Positions 19,996 through 30,000 of a DNA stretch of 64,000 nt are shown piece by piece. The notes below the pieces were generated by a model. The model saw only the letters and a program-made list of their open reading frames with translations. It made no database searches and was not told the DNA's origin. The stretch is from Gammaproteobacteria bacterium. GTDB taxonomy: Bacteria; Pseudomonadota; Gammaproteobacteria; Eutrophobiales; Eutrophobiaceae. The stretch's first letter is position 1. Each line of letters starts with the position of its first letter. Made by a program: the position numbers and the translations under genes. The DNA lies in assembly GCA_965243205.1 (NCBI GenBank), contig CBDEUK010000001.1, positions 320,001-384,000 of the forward strand, given 5' to 3'.

Positions 19996-20790
19996 ATGTC
20001 AACTTTCCAGTTCAACCAATCGTATATTAAACCAATCTTTATCTTAGGTTTATTACTATCATTAGCAGCATGCTCTGGCGTAGAAACAAAAGGGATTGAT
20101 AACAGTGACCCATATGAAAACGTAAATCGTAAAATATATGGGTTTAATGACGGTTTAGATCGCGCGGTTCTTCAGCCAGTTGCTGAAGGTTACACTAACA
20201 TTACCCCTGAACCAGTTAGATCCAGTATTACGAATTTTTTTGATAATATTACTTATTTAAATGTGATATTGAATGACATATTACAAGGTAAGTTTGATCA
20301 AGCTATGGGAGATAGCTTGCGCTTTCTTTATAACAGCACTTTAGGTATTGGCGGTTTATTTGATGTTAGTACGCCAATGGGTCTTGCTAGACATGACGAA
20401 GATTTTGGCCAAACATTGGCAACCTGGGGTGTTGATCAAGGGGCGTACGGAGTATTACCTTTACTAGGACCTGATACGGCACGAAATACACCTAATATGG
20501 TTACAGAAATCTTATTAAACCCTCTGACATACGTTAGTGGTGGCGTATTAATTCCTGTTACGGCGCTTGGCCTGGTGAATACTAGAGCCAATCTATTAGA
20601 TGAAACACAGTTACGTGATGATGCTGCAGTCGATCCATACTCATTCACACGTGAAGCGTACTTACAACAACGTGAATATAATATCTATGATGGTAATCCA
20701 CCACTAGATGGCTATGATGATATTTTTGAAGACGAAGGCACTTCTACCACAGGTTCAAGCTCTGATTCTGGAACCTTAGTCATAGAATAA
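19996..20790 (+). CDS. mlaA: VacJ/MlaA lipoprotein
   Basis: Lipobox LAAC, DPYENVNR..FNDGLDR, NSTLGIGGLFD, EDFGQTL and DPYSFTREAYLQ. Confidence 0.88.
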   Translation: MSTFQFNQSYIKPIFILGLLLSLAACSGVETKGIDNSDPYENVNRKIYGFNDGLDRAVLQPVAEGYTNITPEPVRSSITNFFDNITYLNVILNDILQGKFDQAMGDSLRFLYNSTLGIGGLFDVSTPMGLARHDEDFGQTLATWGVDQGAYGVLPLLGPDTARNTPNMVTEILLNPLTYVSGGVLIPVTALGLVNTRANLLDETQLRDDAAVDPYSFTREAYLQQREYNIYDGNPPLDGYDDIFEDEGTSTTGSSSDSGTLVIE

Positions 20791-20805
20791 ATTATTTCCA
20801 AATGT

Positions 20806-20833
20806 TAACCACAGTCGCTGTTGGCTGTGGTTA
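20806..20833 (+). terminator. Stem-loop at the end of the hpn operon
   Basis: taaccacagtc-gctgtt-ggctgtggtta inverted repeat just after the vacJ stop. Confidence 0.55.
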
Positions 20834-20852
20834 TGTGAAATACATCACATTT
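20831..20852. promoter_or_regulatory. CRP-family-like binding site
   Basis: ttaTGTGAaatacaTCACAttt is an exact TGTGA-N6-TCACA match, about 140 bp upstream of the lipoprotein ATG. Confidence 0.5.
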
Positions 20853-20991
20853 TTTTTTCATTAAATTTTATCCATTTCCGAACTATTTTATCTTTATAGC
20901 ATTCAAAACTTGTGAAAAAATAATTTGATAGTTTTAATGGAATTTTTTTGCCCATTAGATATCGAAAATTAAAACTCAGAGGAATTTTGAT

Positions 20992-21441
20992 ATGAAAACA
21001 AAGATTTCATTAAGCTTATTAATCGCATCATTTGTTTTAATGGGATGTAACCCAACCAAGCAAGAAGTCGGAACAATTATAGGCGCAGGTTCTGGTGCTT
21101 TGATAGGTAGCCAAATTGGTGGCGGTAAAGGTCAACTTGCTGCGGTAGCAATTGGTACTTTGGTTGGCAGTTACTTAGGCGGAAAAATTGGCGCCAATAT
21201 GGATGAGTTAGACCGATATCGAACTCAAAGCACTTTGGAAAATACTCCTACTGGTGAATCTGTCGCATGGAAAAACCCTGATAACTATAATCAATATAAA
21301 GTAACACCAACCAGAACATATGAAAGCAACAGTGGACCATGTAGAGATTACACCACTGAAGCCGTTATAGATGGTCGACCTGAAATCATTCATGGCACAG
21401 CTTGCCGACAAAGTGATGGCCGCTGGTACGCAATGAATTAA
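20992..21441 (+). CDS. 17-kDa surface-antigen-like glycine-zipper lipoprotein (RT0821/Lpp0805 type)
   Basis: Lipobox LMGC, glycine zipper GTIIGAGSGALIGSQIGGGKG, WKNPD and CRDY...GTACRQSDGRW. Confidence 0.88.
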   Translation: MKTKISLSLLIASFVLMGCNPTKQEVGTIIGAGSGALIGSQIGGGKGQLAAVAIGTLVGSYLGGKIGANMDELDRYRTQSTLENTPTGESVAWKNPDNYNQYKVTPTRTYESNSGPCRDYTTEAVIDGRPEIIHGTACRQSDGRWYAMN

Positions 21442-21468
21442 TAAAAGATTTCGAATCCTTCAAAGAAA

Positions 21469-21512
21469 GAGTACCGAAAAAATTAGGATATTTTCTCGGT
21501 ACTCATTTTTTT
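21469..21512. terminator. Probable bidirectional terminator between the lipoprotein gene and glcF
   Basis: gagtaccga...tcggtactc stem followed by a T-run. Confidence 0.55.
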
Positions 21513-22722
21513 ATTTCAATAATTCAACCCAATGTAAAACCGGTATCTCGGTCGCTGCTTTTAAATGCAATTGACAGCCTATATTTGCTGTCACAATAAC
21601 ATCGGGCTTCACTTTTTCAATTGATTTGATCTTTCTACTTTTTAATTCACTAGAAATTTTTGGTTGTAAAATCGAGTAGGTTCCTGCAGAACCACAACAT
21701 AGATGAGAATCTCTGATTGGTAATATCTTATAACCTAACTTATCTAATACTTGTTCTACTACCCCTGTAATTTTTTGACCATGTTGTAATGTACAAGGAT
21801 TTTGAAAAGCCACAGTTTGGTATTTTCGTTTAAAATTTTTATTGGATTGTATTTTATTAATTAAAAACTCAGATACATCAAATATTTTATTCGAAATCTG
21901 TTGTGCTTTATCAAAATACTCAGGATCATTTTTTAAGATTGACGCATAATCTTTTAGCATTACACCGCAACCACTTGCAGTGCTAATAATAGCTTCAACA
22001 TCATTAATAAACGGCCACCAAACATCTATATTTTGTTTCATCTGTTGTTTTGCTTGTTCGGTGGCAGAAAGATGATAATTAATTGCACCACAACAATTTT
22101 CGTTTGATAGTTCAACTGCTTCAATACCTAAGTCAGACAAAATATCTTTGGTCATTAAATTTGTATTAGGTGCTAATGATGGCTGGACACAACCTCGAGC
22201 TATAATCACTTTTGTATGTTTAGGAGTATCTGATTTTTTTTGACTCGGTTTGTATTCTGAATTAATAATTAATTTTTTCTTTAATGTATTTGGCAAAATA
22301 AAATTAAAAGTCCGAGCTACAAATACACTTATTTCAAATATAAAACGATTTGTTAAGAATCGCCTTAATAAATCTCGATAACATCGTCGAAAAAAACTCA
22401 ATGATTCAGTGGAATTTAATTGCGAACGTCCGATATCCAATAATTGGTTATATTCAACACCCGATGGACAAGTTGTTTCACATGCTCGGCACGTCAAACA
22501 ACGATCTAAATGATTTTGTACAATAGACTGTTCAACATCACCTTCTAATAACGATTTGATTAAATAAATTCTTCCTCGTGGGCTATCTCTCTCATCACCT
22601 AAAACTTGATATGATGGGCATGTTGCTAAACAAAAACCACAATGAACACATTTTCGCAAAATCGAATCAGCAGTTTGTCCAAATTCAGTATTGATTATTT
22701 CTGTTTTTAATTCAGTTTTCAT
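21511..22722 (-). CDS. glcF: Glycolate oxidase iron-sulfur subunit
   Basis: CVHCGFCLATCP, CLTCRACETTCPSGV and two CCG domains. Confidence 0.93.
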   Translation of the reverse strand: MKTELKTEIINTEFGQTADSILRKCVHCGFCLATCPSYQVLGDERDSPRGRIYLIKSLLEGDVEQSIVQNHLDRCLTCRACETTCPSGVEYNQLLDIGRSQLNSTESLSFFRRCYRDLLRRFLTNRFIFEISVFVARTFNFILPNTLKKKLIINSEYKPSQKKSDTPKHTKVIIARGCVQPSLAPNTNLMTKDILSDLGIEAVELSNENCCGAINYHLSATEQAKQQMKQNIDVWWPFINDVEAIISTASGCGVMLKDYASILKNDPEYFDKAQQISNKIFDVSEFLINKIQSNKNFKRKYQTVAFQNPCTLQHGQKITGVVEQVLDKLGYKILPIRDSHLCCGSAGTYSILQPKISSELKSRKIKSIEKVKPDVIVTANIGCQLHLKAATEIPVLHWVELLK

Positions 22723-22724
22723 TA

Positions 22725-23795
22725 CTATAGTTCGTGATACATCTTACCTGGATTTAATATGCCATTAGGATCAAACGCACGTTTCAAGTTTTGATGAAGG
22801 GCCTTTAACGACGAACTCAATGGATGAAATCGTTCTATAGAATTATCTACTGCATAATACAAACTTGCATGCCCACCGATAGATGAAACGATTTTTCTAA
22901 TCTGTTTTTCAGGTAAAGAAGTTTTTAACCAACGTTGTGCACCACCCCAATCAATAATCCACTCACCTTCCAATTCAATAAGTGGCGTACTTTTTGGAAC
23001 GGATAAACGCCAAATATTAATATCTTTGTTTTTAAAATAATCTAACTGATGTTGGTTTAAATCTTTCCAATAAATATTCGGCAGTTCTTGTAGTTTTAAT
23101 TCAGTATTACCCAAAAATCTTTCAATAAAATTTTGTTTGCCTGAAAGGCGAATTTTAAATTGATTATTTTCAAACGCAGCAGCACTAACAGGAACCGATT
23201 GCATCAACCATTGGTTTAAATAATGAGTAAATTCTGAATAAGTGCATTCAAAAGAAAAAGAAATTTCATATTCTGGTTTAGGACCTACCCGTAATGATAT
23301 CTCTGTTAACAGACCTAATGTTCCATATGCACCCGTCATTAAACGCGACACATCATAACCTGCAACATTTTTAATCACTTGCCCACCAAACGACAAATCT
23401 TCTGCTTTTCCATTAATGCAGCGAAGACCTAAAACATAATCACGGACACTACCAAAAAAGGGTCTACGTGCTCCTGAAAGACCTGATGCTACAACACCAC
23501 CAATAGTCGACGTGTTATTAAAATTCGGAGGCTCAAATGCCAGCATTTGATTAGATGAAGCTAGAGTAGATTCAATCTCAGACAATGGTGTGCCAGCATA
23601 AGCTTTAATGTACAACTCTGTCGGTTCATAATCGATAATGCCTTGCAGACCTGACGTCTCAAACAATTGACCCTCGACTGTATTACCTAGAAAAGATTTG
23701 GAGTTGGCACCAATTATTTTTAAAGCTTGTTTATTATGGTATGCATCATTAATAATTTGTACATACTCTTCGATAGTTTGTTGATGAGTGTCCAC
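22725..23795 (-). CDS. glcE: Glycolate oxidase FAD-binding subunit GlcE
   Basis: GIIDYEPTEL, GLSGARRP, FGGQVIKNVAGYDVSRLM, DWGGAQRW and FDPNGILNPG. Confidence 0.93.
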   Translation of the reverse strand: MDTHQQTIEEYVQIINDAYHNKQALKIIGANSKSFLGNTVEGQLFETSGLQGIIDYEPTELYIKAYAGTPLSEIESTLASSNQMLAFEPPNFNNTSTIGGVVASGLSGARRPFFGSVRDYVLGLRCINGKAEDLSFGGQVIKNVAGYDVSRLMTGAYGTLGLLTEISLRVGPKPEYEISFSFECTYSEFTHYLNQWLMQSVPVSAAAFENNQFKIRLSGKQNFIERFLGNTELKLQELPNIYWKDLNQHQLDYFKNKDINIWRLSVPKSTPLIELEGEWIIDWGGAQRWLKTSLPEKQIRKIVSSIGGHASLYYAVDNSIERFHPLSSSLKALHQNLKRAFDPNGILNPGKMYHEL

Positions 23796-23801
23796 AATTC
23801 T

Positions 23802-25250
23802 TTAAAAGCGTTCTAATTCCGGGAATGAAGTTTGATTATTATGCACATGCATTTGTCCAAACTCTGCACAACGATTCAAAGTTGGTACTGCTTTTCCTGG
23901 GTTTAATAAACTATTTGGATCGAATGCATTTTTTACAGCATGAAATTGTTCTAATTCAACGGCATTAAATTGCACGCACATTTGATTGATTTTTTCGATA
24001 CCAACACCATGTTCACCCGTAATCGTTCCGCCAAGTTCAACACAAGTTTCAAGGATCTCTCCGCCAAAAGCCTCTGCTTTTTCCAACTCTCCTTGTTTAT
24101 TCACATCGTATAATATCAACGGATGTAAATTGCCATCAGCCGCATGAAAAACATTTGCCACTGCGAGTTGATACTTTTCAGATAATTGATAAATCTTTTC
24201 TAACACATTCGCTAGGTGCTTTCTTGGAATGGTTCCATCCATACAATAGTAATCAGGTGAGATACGTCCAACGGCAGGAAATGCAGACTTTCTACCTAAC
24301 CAAAAAAGTTGGGCCTGGTGTGAATCATTGGCAGTTTTTATCTCAATTGCCCCAAAGCTCTGCATGATTTTTTCAATTCGTTCACAATCATGTTCCACTT
24401 CTTCAACTTGTCCATCAATTTCGCAAATTAAAATAGCAGATGCATCGGTTGGATAACCCGCATGAACAAATTCTTCTACAGCTTCTATAGAAGGTTTATC
24501 CATCATTTCTAAACCCGCAGGAATAATTCCTTCGGCGATAATTTCTGCAACGGCATTGCCAGCAGCAGCAACTTCATTAAAGGCTATCAACATAACTTGA
24601 ACATATTTTGGTTTCGGTATTAATTGAACCGTTACCTCTACAATAACACCGAGCATTCCTTCTGAACCGTGCATCAATGCTAATAGATCATATCCTGGAG
24701 CATCCAAAGCTTGACCACCGACTTCGATCAATTCTCCTTCTATTGTTACAACCTTTAAAGCTGTAACATTGTGCACTGTTAAGCCGTATTTTAAACAATG
24801 CACCCCACCCGAATTCTCTGCAACATTGCCACCGATGCTACAAGCGATTTGTGATGATGGATCAGGCGCATAGAATAAATCATATTGGGCTACTTCCTCG
24901 GAAATAGCTAAATTGCGGACACCAGGTTGAACCCTAGCGAGTCGTTGTTCGACATCAACTTCTAATATTTGATTAAATTTCGCTAAGCTCAATAACACAC
25001 CTTCAGAATGCGGTAATGCACCGCCAGATAAACCGGTTCCAGCACCTCTGGCTACGACAGGAACTTGATGTTTAGAACATAATTTTAAAACGGCCTGAAC
25101 TTCCGCTACCGTATTTGGTAATACAACACATCCTGGAATCTGAGTGTACGCGGATAGCCCATCACACTCGTAAGGCTTGAGAGAAACTGGATCGGTTAAA
25201 ATACAATCATCAGGCAGTATGTTGAGAAGTTCTGATATGAATATCTTCAT
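23802..25250 (-). CDS. glcD: Glycolate oxidase subunit GlcD
   Basis: YECDGLSAY, ARGAGTGLSGGA, PDPSSQIACSIGGNVAENSGGVHCLKYG and GEHGVG. Confidence 0.95.
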   Translation of the reverse strand: MKIFISELLNILPDDCILTDPVSLKPYECDGLSAYTQIPGCVVLPNTVAEVQAVLKLCSKHQVPVVARGAGTGLSGGALPHSEGVLLSLAKFNQILEVDVEQRLARVQPGVRNLAISEEVAQYDLFYAPDPSSQIACSIGGNVAENSGGVHCLKYGLTVHNVTALKVVTIEGELIEVGGQALDAPGYDLLALMHGSEGMLGVIVEVTVQLIPKPKYVQVMLIAFNEVAAAGNAVAEIIAEGIIPAGLEMMDKPSIEAVEEFVHAGYPTDASAILICEIDGQVEEVEHDCERIEKIMQSFGAIEIKTANDSHQAQLFWLGRKSAFPAVGRISPDYYCMDGTIPRKHLANVLEKIYQLSEKYQLAVANVFHAADGNLHPLILYDVNKQGELEKAEAFGGEILETCVELGGTITGEHGVGIEKINQMCVQFNAVELEQFHAVKNAFDPNSLLNPGKAVPTLNRCAEFGQMHVHNNQTSFPELERF

Positions 25251-25392
25251 AGATGCTGAGGAGCATAGGATTTATAGGTTTAAAAAACAAGCATATACAA
25301 TTACTATATTCAGCTGGAGTTACGCAGTTTTTGTTATAAAGTTCATAAACCGTCATTTTTCTTCAAACTAAATAAAGCCTCAGCTGATAAGC

Positions 25393-25401
25393 TGGTATAA
25401 T
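25393..25401 (+). promoter_or_regulatory. Extended -10 sigma-70 element upstream of rng
   Basis: TGgTATAAT, about 40 bp before the ATG. Confidence 0.45.
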
Positions 25402-25443
25402 CATAAATCACGGCATTATAAAAGCTAAATTAAGGATCCGAGA

Positions 25444-27003
25444 ATGAGTGAAGAAATTTTAATAAATGTTACACCTCAAGAAACTCGGGTTGCTGTAGTA
25501 GACAATGGAATATTACACGATGTTTACATAGAACGTTCGCAAAAACGCGGCTTAGTTGGCAATATCTTTAAAGGTCGTGTTTCCCGTGTTCTACCAGGTA
25601 TGCAAGCTGCATTCGTCGACATTGGTTTAGAACGTACTGGCTTTCTACACACATCTGACATCATAGGTCATAACCATAATATTGAAGATGTCGACTCGAT
25701 TCATAGCGATTCACTTGTTCCAATACCAACTATAGAAAGTTTAATACGTGAAGGCCAAGAAGTTTTAGTCCAGGTCATTAAAGATCCCTTGGGCACAAAA
25801 GGTGCTCGGCTGACAACACATATCTCTATTGCTTCACGTTATTTAGTTTTTATACCAGATAACTTTAATGAAATTGGTATTTCACAACGTATCGAAGATG
25901 AAGAAGAGCGTGAACGCCTAAGAAGTATTATTCAAAGCTATAAATCTTATGCTGCAGAACTAGCGGTTAGGAACGAAGGTAATGTAATTTTACACAGCGC
26001 TGTCAGAGAATCTGAGATGGTAGAAAACGGCGGCTTCATTGTGAGAACTGCGGCTGAAGGCGTTGCAGCTGAAGAAATTTACAAAGACATTCAGTTTTTA
26101 CACAAAATATGGGACTCATGTGTGATTCGTGCGGAAAATAGTTACGCACCTGCCATTGCTCATGAAGATTTACCATTAGTGCTAAGAACGATGCGAGACC
26201 TATTAAAACCAGACATCGAACGTGTTCGTATTGATTCCAAAGAGACTTACCAACGAGTGAATGAATTTTCAAAACAGTTTATTCCTGAATTTATTGGACG
26301 CATTGAATACTATTCTGGTGAACATCCTATTCTAGATCTGTACTCAGTCGAAGATGAAATCCAAAAATCGTTAAACCAAAAAGTACAATTAAAATCAGGT
26401 GGCCATATTGTCATTGATCAAACTGAAGCCATGACAACTATTGATGTCAATACTGGGGCATTCGTTGGGCACCGTAATCTTGAAGAAACGATTTTTAAAA
26501 CAAATCTGGAAGCGGCTCAAACTATTGCTAGACAATTACGTTTACGTAACTTGGGTGGAATCGTTATTATTGATTTTATTGATATGCAAGAATCTGAACA
26601 TGGAAGACAAGTTCTACGAGCATTGGAGAAACATCTGGCTCGAGATCATTCAAAAGTTTCCATCAGTGAGATCACTTCTCTTGGTTTAGTACAATTAACC
26701 CGCAAGCGCACTCGCGAAAGTCTTGAACATATACTTTGCGAGCCCTGCACAACCTGTCAAGGTAGAGGCAGCTTAAAAACAATCGAAACGGTATGTTACG
26801 AAATATTCCGTGAGATTTTACGTGAAGTACGCCAGTTTGATGCCAATAAACTATTGGTTGTAGCGTCGTCGGGGGTAGTTGAATATATGCTGGATCATGA
26901 ATCGATGAATGTTGCTGAATTGGAAGAATTCATTGGCAGATCCATCTCTTTTCAAGAAGAAAATACCTATACTCAGGAACAGTATGAGATTGTATTGCTC
27001 TAA
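25444..27003 (+). CDS. rng: Ribonuclease G
   Basis: ILINVTPQETRVA, RVLPGMQAAFVDIG, DQTEAMTTIDVNTG and RLRNLGGIVIIDFIDM; no RNase E-type tail. Confidence 0.95.
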   Translation: MSEEILINVTPQETRVAVVDNGILHDVYIERSQKRGLVGNIFKGRVSRVLPGMQAAFVDIGLERTGFLHTSDIIGHNHNIEDVDSIHSDSLVPIPTIESLIREGQEVLVQVIKDPLGTKGARLTTHISIASRYLVFIPDNFNEIGISQRIEDEEERERLRSIIQSYKSYAAELAVRNEGNVILHSAVRESEMVENGGFIVRTAAEGVAAEEIYKDIQFLHKIWDSCVIRAENSYAPAIAHEDLPLVLRTMRDLLKPDIERVRIDSKETYQRVNEFSKQFIPEFIGRIEYYSGEHPILDLYSVEDEIQKSLNQKVQLKSGGHIVIDQTEAMTTIDVNTGAFVGHRNLEETIFKTNLEAAQTIARQLRLRNLGGIVIIDFIDMQESEHGRQVLRALEKHLARDHSKVSISEITSLGLVQLTRKRTRESLEHILCEPCTTCQGRGSLKTIETVCYEIFREILREVRQFDANKLLVVASSGVVEYMLDHESMNVAELEEFIGRSISFQEENTYTQEQYEIVLL

Positions 27004-27011
27004 CTCTGTAT

Positions 27012-30000
27012 ATGTTCCTTAAATTATCGCAAAAACTACTACGTTTTTTCTTTTACTCTGCTGCAGCTATCATCATATGCATGGCCGTCGCATTGGCCGT
27101 GCTGCGCGTTGCCCTACCGGATTTAGGTAATTACAAATCGGATATCGAAAAATTTATCAGCAATGAAATGGGTTACCCTGTAGGAATCGATGATATTGAA
27201 GCCAAATGGGTAGGCTGGATTCCAAACCTTGATATCACAAATATCAAAATATTCGATAAAGATAAACAAAATTCCATAATTGCCTTCAAAGAAGCGCACA
27301 TAAAATTTGATTTGCTCAGCAGTGTCAGTCAAAAAACAATTATACCTAGCCATATCATGGTTAATGGAACATCGCTAACGTTTGCTCGTTTACGCGATGG
27401 TTCGATTATCATCGTTGAATCAGGAACCAATCTCTCAGAAGGAGGTGGAAATAATCAAGCTTTAACCAATTGGTTTAAACAACAAAATAACCTCATCATT
27501 GTCGATGCGAAACTCACATGGGTAGATCTACAAAACGACAATCCTCCAGTTACCTTTGAAAATACATTTATTGAGCTTAGTAGTGATTTAAATGGCATTT
27601 TAGCCAATGGAACAGCCGATTTGATCCAACATGATGAAATCGCTGCCTTTGATTTTAAAATTTCTATGACAGGAGATATTACGACACAAGATTGGTCGGG
27701 TAGTATCAGTTTAAATACAAATGATTTTGATATAAGCCAGATATTTGCTCAACAATCCCTTATCGATATCAACGTTGGTCGACAAAAAGGTAACGGTCAA
27801 TTAAATGCAAAGTTTGAATATGCAAAACTTAAACAACTAACCGCAGATATTCATTACGATGCTTTAGAATTTGGAGAAGCTAACAATATAACACAGCTTG
27901 AAGATTTCAATATTGATCTTGATATGCTTAGAACTACAAATAATCAATGGTTAGTTAATTTAGAGTTCCCTAAAAAACAAAGCGACGGTGTTAATGACCC
28001 CATCACTAAAATTTCTGCAACGGCTGGTTTTGAAAACGAGAATTTTTTAGATCTTAATATTAATTACCTGCCTTTATCTAAAATTTTTAACATCGTATCA
28101 ACAAGTAAAAATGTAAATTTATCGAACAGCAATGAATTATTATCTGATGCAAAGATATATGATATGCATATTCAATATCGAACATCTGATCAAACTTCAG
28201 AGCAACATTTTATAACTTTGACTTCTAATAATATCAGCCTCGATTCGAAAAAATTATACGATGAAGCAAAAACCTTAAAAGATATAAAAACTGACATAAT
28301 ATGGAATAACTCTTCTAAAGAACTACAAATAAATAATCTCAGCTTACAGACAGAAGATTTCCCTCTTTCATTAAAAGGTTCAGTAAAAACAATAGAGAAA
28401 AACTTTGTCGATCTTGAATTAAATATCGAACAATTAAATTTAAATGTTATACCTGACTATTTACCTAAAACAGCAAATGAACCATTAAAGGAGTGGGTTA
28501 ACCATGCTTTGGTCAATGGAACTGCGAATAAAATATTATTAACAATCAAAGGTGAATTAGCTAAATTTCCATTTCCTAATGATGAAAATGGCAAATTAAG
28601 ATTATCTGCCAAATTAAATGATGGAAAAATAAAATTTCATCCTGAATGGCCATTGATGGAAAATCTCGATGCCAATTTTAACTTGCAAGGGGTTGAATTA
28701 AAACTAGAAGCAGAAAAAGCAACTATCCTTGAAGCAAGTATAAATACGATTAAAGCAAAGATACCTGACATCCTTGAAGAAGATCCAAACTTATACGCCG
28801 CTGGGAATATGTCGAGTGATGGCAAAACACTCGTGAAATTTATCCAGCAAAGTCCATTAAAAAATCGGGAATCATTAAAAATTGTCGAGGAAATTAATTT
28901 AACTGGTCCTACTAAAATTGATTTGGATTTAAATATACCTTTATACCCTGAAGACTTAACTAAGATTGATGGAACGTTAGCTTTCCTTAATAATTCAATC
29001 TATTCTGAAGAATTAAAAATGCAAATGACCGATATGAAAGGTGATTTAAAATTCACCCGAAATTCGGTTACAGCAAAAAATATAAATGCAATATATTTCG
29101 ATAGAAATATAACTTTATCCATCCCTAAAGTAGCTGCTGAAGAATCTGAATATTTAATGATAGCAGGCAATTTAGATCAAAGTTTTTTACGCGAACAAAT
29201 TTCACATTACTCACCTCAAATTTTTGAAGACATTGCCCCTTATCTAAACTACTGGCAAGGACAAAGCCAATGGCAAGTAAAGTATAATCTTGATCCAAAA
29301 ATTGAAGATGATGTTTTATTATTACGTTCTGATCTTACAGGACTAGAATTAAACTACCCCGAACCTTTATACAAGGCAAAAACTTCTCTATTACCATTAA
29401 CAGTCGAAATACCCATCAAAAAAACGCAAGATAACCTATTTAAATTAAAGTTAGCTGAATTAGTGAAAGCCAACATTAATTATACACCTGGAAAAAATAG
29501 TGAACTGATTGAAATGCATGTTTTATTTGGTAATCAACCAAACATTATTTTTAATCCAAATAAAATTGAGTTGCGAGGCAATATGGAACAACTTGATCTT
29601 TCTGGTTGGTTAGATGTTGTGACTAAAGCCAATGAGCAACTGTCTGATTCTGACTTTGAACCAGACTCTCTATTTAATAATAAATATTCTGAAATTTCAG
29701 TTAATCAAGTTTTTCATGGCGGACAAACCTACAATAATGTACTTGCTAAAGTCACTCAAAAACAAGGTGATTGGAACGTACAAGTTGAATCAAATGATAT
29801 TGTTGGCACTATTAATGTCCCTGCTATTGGTGAACCTATCGACTTAAATTTATCAACATATAGGGTAGTTAAAAACTCAGAAACGACAGATGCTACTCAA
29901 TACTTATCACCTGAAGAATTTTCAATTTTTAATGCCTCTGTAGACAATTTTTATTACAACGATTCATTAATGGGTAAATTAATGATCACCTCTTCTCGCA

